Shown here: positions 7,793-15,791 of the stretch, one piece after another | Layout: the number at the start of each line of letters is the position of its first letter | Numbering within the stretch: the first letter of the stretch is position 1 | Source: Ktedonobacterales bacterium | GTDB lineage: Bacteria; Chloroflexota; Ktedonobacteria; Ktedonobacterales; JADMIN01 | Length of the DNA: 32,000 bases | Reading direction: 5' to 3' | NCBI GenBank assembly: GCA_030167145.1 | Contig: CP126532.1 | Coordinates: 2,130,001-2,162,000, forward strand | Notes under the pieces: model-generated | The model's database searches: none | Told to the model about the DNA's origin: nothing | What the model saw: the letters and a program-made list of their open reading frames with translations, nothing else | Position numbers and translations under genes: made by a program

Positions 7793-7980
7793 CAGTGGCC
7801 GATGTGGCCGCAGTTGCCAGCGAGATGCTGAGGGTTCATGTGGCCGATGTGACGGAGTGTGGCAGTTGCCGATTTTGCCGATTCATCATGTTTTTCATGT
7901 TGCGCGCGTTCCTGGTGCGCTGGGAGGCGAGGGTTCATGAGGGTAGTGTAGCATGGGGTGTGGATGGGGAGAGGCGGACA

Positions 7981-8020
7981 GATGAGGTCAGATGAGGTCA
8001 GATGGGGCCGGATGGGGACA
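7981..8020. repeat. 4 x 10-bp tandem repeat (GATGAGGTCA x2, GATGGGGCCG, GATGGGGACA)
   Basis: Read directly. The first two units are identical and the last two are diverged. Confidence 0.85.
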
Positions 8021-8180
8021 TGAGTGTGCGGGTGGGCGGGGGCGAGGCGCCAGCGGTATGGTGCTTGGGGCTGGCCTTGACCGCGCGGGCGGTGCGCTGG
8101 TACGGTTCTCAGCGCGAAATATGGTGACGCTCGTTGGCGATGGATATCTAATAGTAGAGTAGTAGAGGCGCAGGTGAGCT

Positions 8181-8717
8181 ATGGTCGAGCGCATGGATGA
8201 GGCGTTTGAGCTGGATCAGCGGCTGACGGTGTTGGGCGCGAAGCTGGAGCCGGGGCAGATGGCGCCGGAGTTCGAGCTGGAGGCGCTGACGTCGCCGAAT
8301 GCGCCGGTGACGACGGTGCGGTTGGCTGATTCGGCGGGCAGGGTGCGGCTGCTGAATGTGGTGAATTCGCTGGATACGCCGGTGTGCCATGTGGAGACGC
8401 GGCAGTGGGATCGGTTACGCGCGGAGTTGCCGCCAGAGGTGGTGGTGTATACGATTAGCATGGATTTGCCGTTTGCGCAGGCGCGGTGGCGGGCGGCGGA
8501 GGATGTGGGGCATGAGGCGCTGTCGGCGCACAAGAGCGAGCGGTTCGGGGTGGAGTATGGGGTGCTGATTCAGGAGTGGCGGCTGTTGCAGCGCGCGGTG
8601 TTCGTGCTGGATGGGGCGGGGCGCGTGGCCTACGCGGAGTATGTGGCGGACCAGATGCGCGAGCCGGATTACGCGGCAGCGCTGGCGGCGGCGAAGATGG
8701 CGGCAGATGGGGGTTAG
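8181..8717 (+). CDS. tpx: Thiol peroxidase (Tpx, atypical 2-Cys peroxiredoxin family), single-Cys variant
   Basis: APEFELEAL...VRLLNVVNSLDTPVCHVETRQW...ISMDLPFAQARW...RAVFVLDGAGRVAYAEYV matches the Tpx family. DTPVC carries the peroxidatic Cys, which is the only Cys in the protein. Confidence 0.9.
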   Translation: MVERMDEAFELDQRLTVLGAKLEPGQMAPEFELEALTSPNAPVTTVRLADSAGRVRLLNVVNSLDTPVCHVETRQWDRLRAELPPEVVVYTISMDLPFAQARWRAAEDVGHEALSAHKSERFGVEYGVLIQEWRLLQRAVFVLDGAGRVAYAEYVADQMREPDYAAALAAAKMAADGG

Positions 8718-8803
8718 CGGGCGGTTGATGTAGTTTTGCAGAATAGAGCGGACACGACGCGAGCGGGCGGTTAAAACCGCGCCTGCATGGCGTGCCGCCG
8801 CAA

Positions 8804-8821
8804 AACCCGCCTGCGCGGGTT
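8804..8821 (-). terminator. Candidate terminator hairpin between convergent tpx and the lipoprotein gene
   Basis: AACCCGC-ctgc-GCGGGTT (7-bp stem). On the minus strand the stem runs into TTTTG. No U-tract on the plus strand. Confidence 0.4.
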
Positions 8822-8874
8822 GGGGACGGGGTAACATCGTGCTCAGGGAGCGCGTCGCGACGTTAGTCGAGGCT

Positions 8875-9702
8875 TTATGAGTGCGGTGATTGCGGGGGGA
8901 TGATGATGTCGCCAAATGCGCCGCAACTGGTGACGACGAGTCCGCCGTTGCGCTGGATGAGGCCAGTACAGGGGTAGGTGGTGGGCAGGGCTAGCATGTG
9001 TGGGGAGACGCGCACGGAATCGGCGACGGCACAGAGGTCGTATGCGGGCTGGATGGTGATGGTGTGCAGCGTGGTGGGAACAAATCCCGTGGTGACGTTG
9101 TCGAGCAGCGTGGAGGGTTTGCAGGTGGTATAGGCCTGCCAGAAGCACTTTTCGATGTCGTTGGGAGATGTGCCATCTGAATTGCTCACGATGCCATAGA
9201 GTTCGTCTATCGTTCCGCAGACGTGGCCCACTTGATCTGTGGGGCGCGCGGGAATGGCAATGTCGCCTTCTTTGCCGCAACTGGCGATGACCAATCCGCC
9301 ACCATCGCGCTGCTGGAGGCTGGCACAGGAATAGGTGGCGAGCGGAATGGTGTGGGCAAGCATGTTGCCACGCGATCCGTGGATGGTATCGGCGACGGCA
9401 CAACCGCCGCTCTTCGGCTGGATGGTGATGGTGTGAATTTCGTTCAGGTCAATGTCAACCATGATGTAGGTGAGTGTGGCCGCAGCGCAGGGTTGCGCGA
9501 CGTAGGCCTGCCAGAAGCACTTTTCAGCTTCATCGGGGTCGCTTATTCCTTGCACGGTTCCACAGTCATGGCCGACCTTCGGCACGGACTGGGTATCGCA
9601 GGCCGCCAGCGTTGCGCCAGCGAGCAGTACGATCACGACCATGAGCAGCACGCGCGGCGTGATAGGTTGCCACCATGTTGGCTGGCACAATCTCTCGCCC
9701 AC
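8875..9702 (-). CDS. Predicted lipoprotein made of two tandem copies of a roughly 115-aa six-cysteine domain (unknown family)
   Basis: Lipobox LLAGATLAAC after a hydrophobic segment. GTG start at 9702 preceded by GAGGGGA. The two halves align: GHxCGT...EKCFWQAY...HTITIQP...CAVAD...Y(S/P)C..L.QR.GGL...SCG..GDI.IP. Confidence 0.75.
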   Translation of the reverse strand: MGERLCQPTWWQPITPRVLLMVVIVLLAGATLAACDTQSVPKVGHDCGTVQGISDPDEAEKCFWQAYVAQPCAAATLTYIMVDIDLNEIHTITIQPKSGGCAVADTIHGSRGNMLAHTIPLATYSCASLQQRDGGGLVIASCGKEGDIAIPARPTDQVGHVCGTIDELYGIVSNSDGTSPNDIEKCFWQAYTTCKPSTLLDNVTTGFVPTTLHTITIQPAYDLCAVADSVRVSPHMLALPTTYPCTGLIQRNGGLVVTSCGAFGDIIIPPQSPHS

Positions 9703-9787
9703 TTTTCTATCCCCTCGTCCACATGTGTGATCCAGCCCCTATCTTCATGACGACATGGCGAGGCGAAGTGTTTTGTGCGAGAGCGTG

Positions 9788-12700
9788 TTAACGCAGGCCG
9801 TGGAAGAAGCGTGCGAAGAAGCCTGGACGTGGGGTGCGCTCGGCTTTGGGGATGCGCCTGGCGGCGGATTTTTCGGCGGCGCGCTCGCGGCGGGTCTTTT
9901 TGCGCGCAGGGTGGTCGGCATTCGCCGCCGTTGTGGGGTCGTCTGGTGGGGTGGTCGTGTCGTTGCCAGCGTGTGAGGGGGCGAGGATGGCGATGACAGG
10001 GCCGGGCTGGGGCGCTGATGCGGGCGCGGTGTCGCTGACGGTGGCGGGCGAGGCGGGGGTGTGAGGATTGTGGGGAGCGCCGGTGGAGACGGAGGTGTCG
10101 GGGGCGCGGGTATTGGGGTTGGCGCTGGCATTGGCGTCGGGGGGCGCCGGGTGGCTGGATGCGGGGCGATCTGCAAAGGGCGTGCGCGTCAGGCCGTTCG
10201 CTCCCTGCTGTGCGGTGGCGGCGGCGGGGCGCGCGGCGAAGGCGGAGGCGGTGACGAGATCGGCGTCGAGGGCGCGGGCACGGGCGAATTCGCGGTCTGC
10301 TGCTTCGCGGTCGCCGGAACGCTGGAGCGCCGCCGCCAGCGCCAGCCGCACTTCGGCATCGTTGGGGGCAAGGTCGGCGCTGCGCTGATATTCTGCCAGG
10401 GCGGCGCTAGGCCGCGCGGTTTCTTCGAGGAGCGCCGCGAGATTCAGGCGGGCCTGCACGTAGCCAGGGCGGGCCGCCAGTGCGGCGCGCAGCAGTCGCT
10501 CGGCTTCTTCGTACTCGCCCCAGGCGCGCAGAGCCTCGGCATGCTGGCGCAGCGCCAGGGGGTTATCGTCGGTGAGGGTTCGGGCGCGGGTGTAGGCTGC
10601 GCGCGCTTCATCGCGGCGGTTGAGTGTGACCAGGGCGCTGGCGAGATCGAGCCAAGCGCCGGCGATTTCGGGGCGTTCGTCGAGGCCAAGCTGATACTGA
10701 CGAACAGCCTCGGCGGGGCGCTTCTGGTTGACCAGAAAGCGAGCATAGCCGAAATGCGCGGATGCGCCGCCATCGAGTTCGAGCGCACGGTGATAGTGCT
10801 GTTCGGCATCGGCGAGGCGTCCGGTGTCGGCGAGCAGGACGGCGTAGTGGTAGTGGACCTCCCAGTTGTCTGGGGCGGCAGCGAGCGCGCGGCGGTAGAA
10901 TGGCTCGGCTTCGGCGGCGCGGTTGCGGATGTCGAGGATGTTGGCCAGCCCAAGGAGCGCATCTACATGCCAGTGGTCACGCGCCAGCAGGTCGCGGTAG
11001 ATGGTTTCGGCGTCATCCAGGCGCTCGCTTTCGAGTAGGGTATCGGCGAGGATGAGCCGGACGCGCGTATCGTTGGGCAGAAGGGAGACGGCATGGCGCA
11101 GCGTGCGGATGGCTTCTTGCTGGCGACCGGTGCGGCGGAGCAGCAGGCCCAGGTTGACAAGGGTGACGGCATCGTCGGAATCGCGTTCGAGCGCGCGGCG
11201 GTAGAGGTGTTCGGCTTCGTCTACCTGGCCGAGACGGCCCAGGACATTCGCGAGATTGACCATGGCGCTCAGTTCATGGGGTGAGGCGCTCAGTTCGCGG
11301 CGGAAGTGCGCTGCCGCGCCTGCGGGGTCTACTTCGGCGCCTTCGGCGTAATAGCGGACGGCGCGGTCGGGCACGTCGTGGGCTTCGAGTAGGCGGGCGA
11401 GTTCCATGCGGGGCTGAGCGCGCTCTGGCGCTAGCTCTGCCGCACGAGCAAGCTCTTGCTGGGCTTCGGGCCAGTGGTTGTGGCGTTCGAGATACAGGGC
11501 GTACTCGACGCGAATCGCGGCGTCATCGGGCGCAAGGCGCAGGGCGCGGGCGAATTGCTCGTCGGCCTCGCGCTGATTGCCGGTGGCATCCAACGCTTTG
11601 GCGAGCGCGGCGGCCAGCCCAGCCTCGTGCGGGGCGAGCGCAACGGCGTACCGCAGTTCGTCTACGGCGTGACGGGCGTCGCCACGGGCGAAGAGATGCG
11701 CGCCGTAGGCCAGGTGCGCCATGGGGTCGCGTGGGAGGCCGGACGCCGCACGGGTGAGCAGGGGGGCGGCTTCTTCGCTGCGCCCGCGCTGCTCAAGATG
11801 CTCGCCCAGCGCGAGGGCAACATGTGGGTCGTTGGGGTCAAGCGCGCGAGCACGCTCCCACAGCACCTCGGCCTCGCTGGGCCAGCCCTGGCGGTTGCGC
11901 ACGAGCGCCAATTGCGCCAGAACATCGGGGCGGTTGGGGTCTATGGCGAGGGCGCGACGCAAGAGCGTCTCAGCCTCGGTATCGTCGCCTTGCTCGGCGC
12001 GTAGCGCCGCCAGCCGGGCGAGCGCGCCGGGGCGCGCGGGGGCAAGCTCCAGCGCACGCTGGTAGCAGCGCTCGGCTGCGTCGAGCCGGGACGCGCGCTG
12101 CAAGAATGTGCCGTAGCGCAGGAAAATCCCGGCGTCATTGGGGTCTAGCTCGGTGGCGCGCTGATACAGGGTCTCGGCTTCGTGCGGCTGGCCCATCGCG
12201 GCGAGCAGGGATGCCAGCCCGGCGTGGGCGAGGGCGTTGTCTGGCGCGGCGGCGAGAGCGGCGCGGCGCATGGCGACGGCCTCATCCTGGCGTCCTTCGC
12301 CCGCAAGGAGGATGTCGAGACGGGTGAGGGCGGCATCATCGGCGGGGGCAAGCGAGAGCGCGGCGCGGAGGGCGCGCTCGGCCTCCTGGGTGCGGCCTTG
12401 CTCGGCGAGGGCGGCGCCGTAGAGTCGGAGGGTGCGGGCGTCGGCAGGGGCGGCAGCAATGGCGCGGGCCAGCAGGGTTTCGGCTTCGTCCCAACGTTCT
12501 TGGCGGGCATAGAGCGCGGCGAGATTGGTGAGCGCGCCCGCGTCGTCGGCGTCGAAGCGGAGCAAGGTCTGAAAGAAGGCTTCGGCCTGGGTGGGATCGA
12601 GAATGCACGCCTGCTGGAACAGGCGGTCCGCTTCGTCGCGCTCACCAAGGCGGTGCAGCACGAGGCTCAGGCGGAGCAGCAGCCCACCGTCGCCGGGCAT

Positions 12701-13642
12701 GTGGGGGAGCGCGGTCAGCATTTCGCGCTTGGCCTCAGCGTAGCGTCCGGCGCGGGCCAAGACGGAGCCGTAGAGACGGTGCGCGGGTGGGTCGTTGGGG
12801 TCAAGGGCTAGCGCGCGGCGCAGCAGCGATTCGGCCTCGGCCAGCCGGTCATCATCGGCGATGAGCGCAGCGAGGGCGAGATGGGAGGAGACATTGTCGG
12901 GGTCCAGTTCCAACGCTCGGCGCAGGCGCCGCTCGGCTTCGTCGGGTGGACCCTCGCGCACGAGAAAGGTTCCGTAGTTGTGGTAGGCGTCGCCATCGTC
13001 GGGGGCGAGATCAATCGCGCGCTGATAGCGTTCGCGGGCGGCGGCGGGGTGGCCGGAGTCGCCCAGGATGCCAGCGAGGAGCAGTTGCGCGTCGGCGCTC
13101 TCGCTGACGAACTCTAGCGCGGTCTCGACTTGCCGTTGCGCGCGCTGATGCTCGCCACGGGCGGAGAGTACGCGCGCCAGCGCGAGATGGAAGTGGATGT
13201 TGCGCGGGTCGGCGTCGCAGGCAGCTTGCAGGCAACGCTCGGCCTCGGCGAGATTGTCGGGAGCGACGGCGGCGGCAAGCGAGAGCAGCGCGGAGGCGTC
13301 GTTGAGGCGGGTAAACTCGCCGCGCAGCGCCGCGATAAGCCATGAACGTTCGGCAATCGGCGTGACGCTGGGCGGTGGGGCTGAGGAGCTGGGGGTCAGC
13401 GTTTCGCTGTCGCTGGTGGTCTGGCGGGTGTAGAGGCCGAGGCGTTCGAGGGTCCAGGCGCTGCTATACCAGTCGGATGCGGTGATGGTGTAGCCGAGCG
13501 CGCGGGCCGCCGCGAGCGCGCGTGGACGCGAGAGCGGGGTGATGTCCAGCGCACGCAGCAGATCCAGCGCCGCGCGCACCTGGCGCGCATGTTCGGAATG
13601 CTCGGTCTGCTCGCCGCCATTGGGGTTCTCCGGCTGGGTCAT
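9788..13642 (-). CDS. Giant TPR-repeat protein (1284 aa) with a small N-terminal domain and a Pro-rich basic C-terminal tail
   Basis: About 1000 aa of uninterrupted 34-aa TPR-like units (repeated ...AE..YRRALELDPN(D/N)...). The tail ends KKTRRERAAEKSAARRIPKAERTPRPGFFARFFHGLR. GGAAGGA RBS before the ATG at 13642. Confidence 0.9.
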   Translation of the reverse strand: MTQPENPNGGEQTEHSEHARQVRAALDLLRALDITPLSRPRALAAARALGYTITASDWYSSAWTLERLGLYTRQTTSDSETLTPSSSAPPPSVTPIAERSWLIAALRGEFTRLNDASALLSLAAAVAPDNLAEAERCLQAACDADPRNIHFHLALARVLSARGEHQRAQRQVETALEFVSESADAQLLLAGILGDSGHPAAARERYQRAIDLAPDDGDAYHNYGTFLVREGPPDEAERRLRRALELDPDNVSSHLALAALIADDDRLAEAESLLRRALALDPNDPPAHRLYGSVLARAGRYAEAKREMLTALPHMPGDGGLLLRLSLVLHRLGERDEADRLFQQACILDPTQAEAFFQTLLRFDADDAGALTNLAALYARQERWDEAETLLARAIAAAPADARTLRLYGAALAEQGRTQEAERALRAALSLAPADDAALTRLDILLAGEGRQDEAVAMRRAALAAAPDNALAHAGLASLLAAMGQPHEAETLYQRATELDPNDAGIFLRYGTFLQRASRLDAAERCYQRALELAPARPGALARLAALRAEQGDDTEAETLLRRALAIDPNRPDVLAQLALVRNRQGWPSEAEVLWERARALDPNDPHVALALGEHLEQRGRSEEAAPLLTRAASGLPRDPMAHLAYGAHLFARGDARHAVDELRYAVALAPHEAGLAAALAKALDATGNQREADEQFARALRLAPDDAAIRVEYALYLERHNHWPEAQQELARAAELAPERAQPRMELARLLEAHDVPDRAVRYYAEGAEVDPAGAAAHFRRELSASPHELSAMVNLANVLGRLGQVDEAEHLYRRALERDSDDAVTLVNLGLLLRRTGRQQEAIRTLRHAVSLLPNDTRVRLILADTLLESERLDDAETIYRDLLARDHWHVDALLGLANILDIRNRAAEAEPFYRRALAAAPDNWEVHYHYAVLLADTGRLADAEQHYHRALELDGGASAHFGYARFLVNQKRPAEAVRQYQLGLDERPEIAGAWLDLASALVTLNRRDEARAAYTRARTLTDDNPLALRQHAEALRAWGEYEEAERLLRAALAARPGYVQARLNLAALLEETARPSAALAEYQRSADLAPNDAEVRLALAAALQRSGDREAADREFARARALDADLVTASAFAARPAAATAQQGANGLTRTPFADRPASSHPAPPDANASANPNTRAPDTSVSTGAPHNPHTPASPATVSDTAPASAPQPGPVIAILAPSHAGNDTTTPPDDPTTAANADHPARKKTRRERAAEKSAARRIPKAERTPRPGFFARFFHGLR

Positions 13643-13764
13643 GACGCTATCCTTCCCCCCTCTACACCAGCACGCACACTAGCACGTACACTTGCTCTAC
13701 GGATGGTAGGCGATGGCGGTTTGACCCATGATACTATTCTAGCCATTCTCTCACAGCGCTTCAA

Positions 13765-13794
13765 CTGGTGTCATCTGGTGTCATGAGATGTCAT
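13765..13794 (+). promoter_or_regulatory. Three direct 10-bp repeats ending in TGTCAT, abutting the -35 of the sigma-factor promoter
   Basis: ctggTGTCAT ctggTGTCAT gagaTGTCAT at 13765-13794. The 10-bp phasing places all three on one helix face. Confidence 0.45.
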
Positions 13795-13823
13795 TGACCA
13801 TGCCGAAGCGACTAGACTATACT
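13794..13823 (+). promoter_or_regulatory. Candidate sigma-70-type promoter (TTGACC-N18-TATACT) for the sigma-factor gene
   Basis: TTGACC at 13794-13799 and TATACT at 13818-13823, about 70 nt upstream of the ATG at 13896. Confidence 0.45.
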
Positions 13824-13895
13824 GGCCAGACGCCAGGGAGCAGTGCTACGCCTGAGCCATAATGAGCATAATCAGTACCAGTTTTTGGGGACAGC

Positions 13896-14732
13896 ATGCC
13901 AAACGACGAGAGGGAAATTCGTCCCATGCCATCTGGGGCCGAACTGGTGGGACTGGCACGGGCGCGGCTACGGGCCGAGATGGAGCGCGTGCCGCCGTGG
14001 GGGTCGCCGCTTTTGTGGGCGCGGCTGCGGACGCGGACGCCTGAGCAGGCGGTGTCTTTGGGGGCGCTGGTGGAATGTGTGCGGTTGGCGGTGCGGGTGC
14101 GGGATATGCGGTCGGCGCGCGAGGTGTTTGTGCTGTTGTTGGAGCGGGTGGAGCGGGGGAATCGCCGGTGGGCGGCTTATGTGGTGGGACGCACGCCGTC
14201 GCTGAGTGGAACACTCGCAGAGCAGGCGCGCGAAGAATTATGCCAGGAATTGACGCTGCACCTGTGGGAACAGATCGGGCGGCAGAGCGGCGAGAAGTGG
14301 GCGCTCTTTTTCTTGCGGTCGCTGGCATACGCGCAGCAAGATACGGCGCGGGCGTATATGCGCCAGCACGGCTATTGGGGGTCGCGGCGGGCGCTGGATC
14401 GGGCGGCGGCGTTGCCGGTGCTGCTTTCGGCGCTGGCGCGCGATGCGCATGGTGATGGCGAGGAGACGCGCGATCCGCTGGCGACGGTGGCGGCGCGGGA
14501 ATCTGGTGAGGTGGAGTTTTCGCGGGCGGAACTGGGTGATCTGCGCGCGCTGGTGGAGCGTCTGCCAGAACGCGAGCGGATTGCGGTGGTGCTGCGCTAC
14601 TGGCAGCAGGCGCCGGAGCCTGAGATTGCGCGGGCACTGGGCGGCGTGACGACGCGCACGGTACGCAATTATCTACACCAGGCGCACGACCGGCTGCGCG
14701 GCTGGTATACCGGAGAGGAGCCGCTGACATGA
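13896..14732 (+). CDS. Sigma-70 family (ECF-like) RNA polymerase sigma factor with an N-terminal extension
   Basis: Region 4 HTH: LPERERIAVVLRYWQQAPEPEIARALGGVTTRTVRNYLHQAHDRLR. Region-2-like segment: ELCQELTLHLWEQI...FFLRSLAYAQQDTARAYMRQ. About 100 extra N-terminal residues. Confidence 0.8.
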   Translation: MPNDEREIRPMPSGAELVGLARARLRAEMERVPPWGSPLLWARLRTRTPEQAVSLGALVECVRLAVRVRDMRSAREVFVLLLERVERGNRRWAAYVVGRTPSLSGTLAEQAREELCQELTLHLWEQIGRQSGEKWALFFLRSLAYAQQDTARAYMRQHGYWGSRRALDRAAALPVLLSALARDAHGDGEETRDPLATVAARESGEVEFSRAELGDLRALVERLPERERIAVVLRYWQQAPEPEIARALGGVTTRTVRNYLHQAHDRLRGWYTGEEPLT

Positions 14733-15157
14733 GCACGGGGAACACGGGGAGCAGTGGAACCACAGGGGATGCGCTCGAACTGCTGGCTATCGAGGAGAGG
14801 TTCCTCGCCGAACTGCGGGCGGGGGGCGCGCCCCGGCTGGCGGCGTACATGGAGCGCTATCCCGCGCATGCCGCGGCGCTGGCGGATTTCGCGGCGCGGG
14901 CGCTGAGCGAGGAAGAGGCGCAGAGCGGGACGGGGACGGGGATGGAAGACGATGCTACGCGCGGGCAGCCACTCTCCGCAGGTACGCGCGGGGCGCTGGA
15001 TGCGATTTTTGGCGCGGGGGAGCTGCGCCTGTATGGACAAACGGGCTATGAGGCTGGCGCGGTGGCGGAGACGCGCGCTGGCTATGGTGGCGATACGGAT
15101 GAGCAGACAGAGGCATCAGAACGAGAATCGGACGTGACGGGCGGCGAAGAGGACTAG
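14729..15157 (+). CDS. Acidic soluble protein translationally coupled to the sigma factor (possible anti-sigma or partner)
   Basis: ATGA start/stop overlap at 14729-14732, with GGAGAGGAG upstream. N-terminal motif LLAIEERFLAELRAGGAPRLAAYMERYPAHAAALADF. No TM segment and no HxxxCxxC motif. Very acidic C-terminus. Confidence 0.6.
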   Translation: MSTGNTGSSGTTGDALELLAIEERFLAELRAGGAPRLAAYMERYPAHAAALADFAARALSEEEAQSGTGTGMEDDATRGQPLSAGTRGALDAIFGAGELRLYGQTGYEAGAVAETRAGYGGDTDEQTEASERESDVTGGEED

Positions 15158-15434
15158 CCCGAAATGTGATGTGTCGCAAACTGCCAGACAAACTTTCATA
15201 CAACTCTCAGATGCATCTCATGTATGGGCGACATGATAGAGGATAATTCTGTGTTGCTGGGAGTGCGTCGCGTGCGGAAGCAATGGAGAGCATACGCATT
15301 ATGGATGAGTATGCAAATGGCTCATTATGCGATATAACAGGGAGACGGGAGAGGTGCGGCAGGGGTGCGGCGCGGGGTGGACGGCAAACAACGCCGCGCC
15401 CCGCGCTTGTGGACCGCACGTGTCCGCAGGCTCG

Positions 15435-15791
15435 CTAGCGCGAGGCGTGTGCGGAGACGGTTTCGCGCTCTGGCGATTCGGCTTTAGCGCCGCGTCGGCC
15501 GTGGGCGCGCTGGCCGCCGATGCGTCCGATGCGCGAGTAATGTTCGGTACCGAGATTGCGCTTGGTTGATTCGCCGCCACGGCGGCCGATCTCCGTATAG
15601 AAGGCGGAGCCATGGCGTTCGCGGACGGTGGAACCGCCCTTGGAGCCGATGCGGCTGTAGAATTCGCGGCCGTATTTTTCGCGGGCGGCGGTGCCGCCGC
15701 GCTTGGCAGCCTCAGTACCGGGGCGAGGGCCGGGTTTGCGACGAGTCGGGGCGGTCGAATCCTGGAGCGTCTGGCTCGTTTCGTTAGCCAT
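15435..15791 (-). CDS. KGG-repeat general stress protein (YciG/GsiB-like)
   Basis: Three repeats of the pattern (Y/H)G.EFY..IG.KGG: EKYGREFYSRIGSKGG, ERHGSAFYTEIGRRGG, LGTEHYSRIGRIGG. Confidence 0.8.
   Translation of the reverse strand: MANETSQTLQDSTAPTRRKPGPRPGTEAAKRGGTAAREKYGREFYSRIGSKGGSTVRERHGSAFYTEIGRRGGESTKRNLGTEHYSRIGRIGGQRAHGRRGAKAESPERETVSAHASR

Larger units (their letters stand above)
7141..7883. repeat. Non-coding field of duplicated 9-nt units (core (T/G)GCCGA(T/A)) and reiterated blocks
   Basis: Adjacent nonamer doublets at 7183-7200, 7368-7385, 7439-7456, 7466-7483, 7492-7509, 7520-7537, 7562-7579, 7595-7612, 7704-7721, 7744-7761, 7795-7812 and 7866-7883. Block repeats: 7437-7461 is identical to 7490-7514, and 7141-7167 matches 7804-7830 with 1 mismatch. 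Confidence 0.85.

Noticed and set aside
7141-7883. Possible replication origin (DnaA-box cluster), because the units are 9-mers and some begin TGTGG
   Set aside because: The units (for example TGTGGCCGA) match the DnaA-box consensus TGTGNAWAA only in the first five bases. There is no AT-rich unwinding element and no dnaA, dnaN or gidA context. A weak idea that cannot be supported from sequence.
6764-7938. Three long overlapping minus-strand ORFs (241, 238 and 300 aa) across the repeat field
   Set aside because: All three frames are open simultaneously. The translations are repeat-driven low-complexity strings (IGHIGH, SAISAIAESGHFGHCRKRPFRPLP reiterated with frame shifts every 25 bp). There is no RBS or start context, and they overlap the rplU promoter. 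They are an artefact of stop-free repeats.
13846-14850. 334-aa minus-strand ORF opposite the sigma-factor gene
   Set aside because: Pro/Ala-rich shadow ORF. The plus-strand frame encodes a recognisable region-4 HTH and is translationally coupled to the next gene.
15158-15434. AT-richer 277-bp convergent intergenic region with several short inverted repeats (for example GCATAC...GTATGC and GGCGCGG...CCGCGCC); possible sRNA or terminators
   Set aside because: No hairpin is followed by a U-tract on either strand, I found no promoter I could defend, and I recognised no known RNA motif. Left unannotated and would need RNA-seq.
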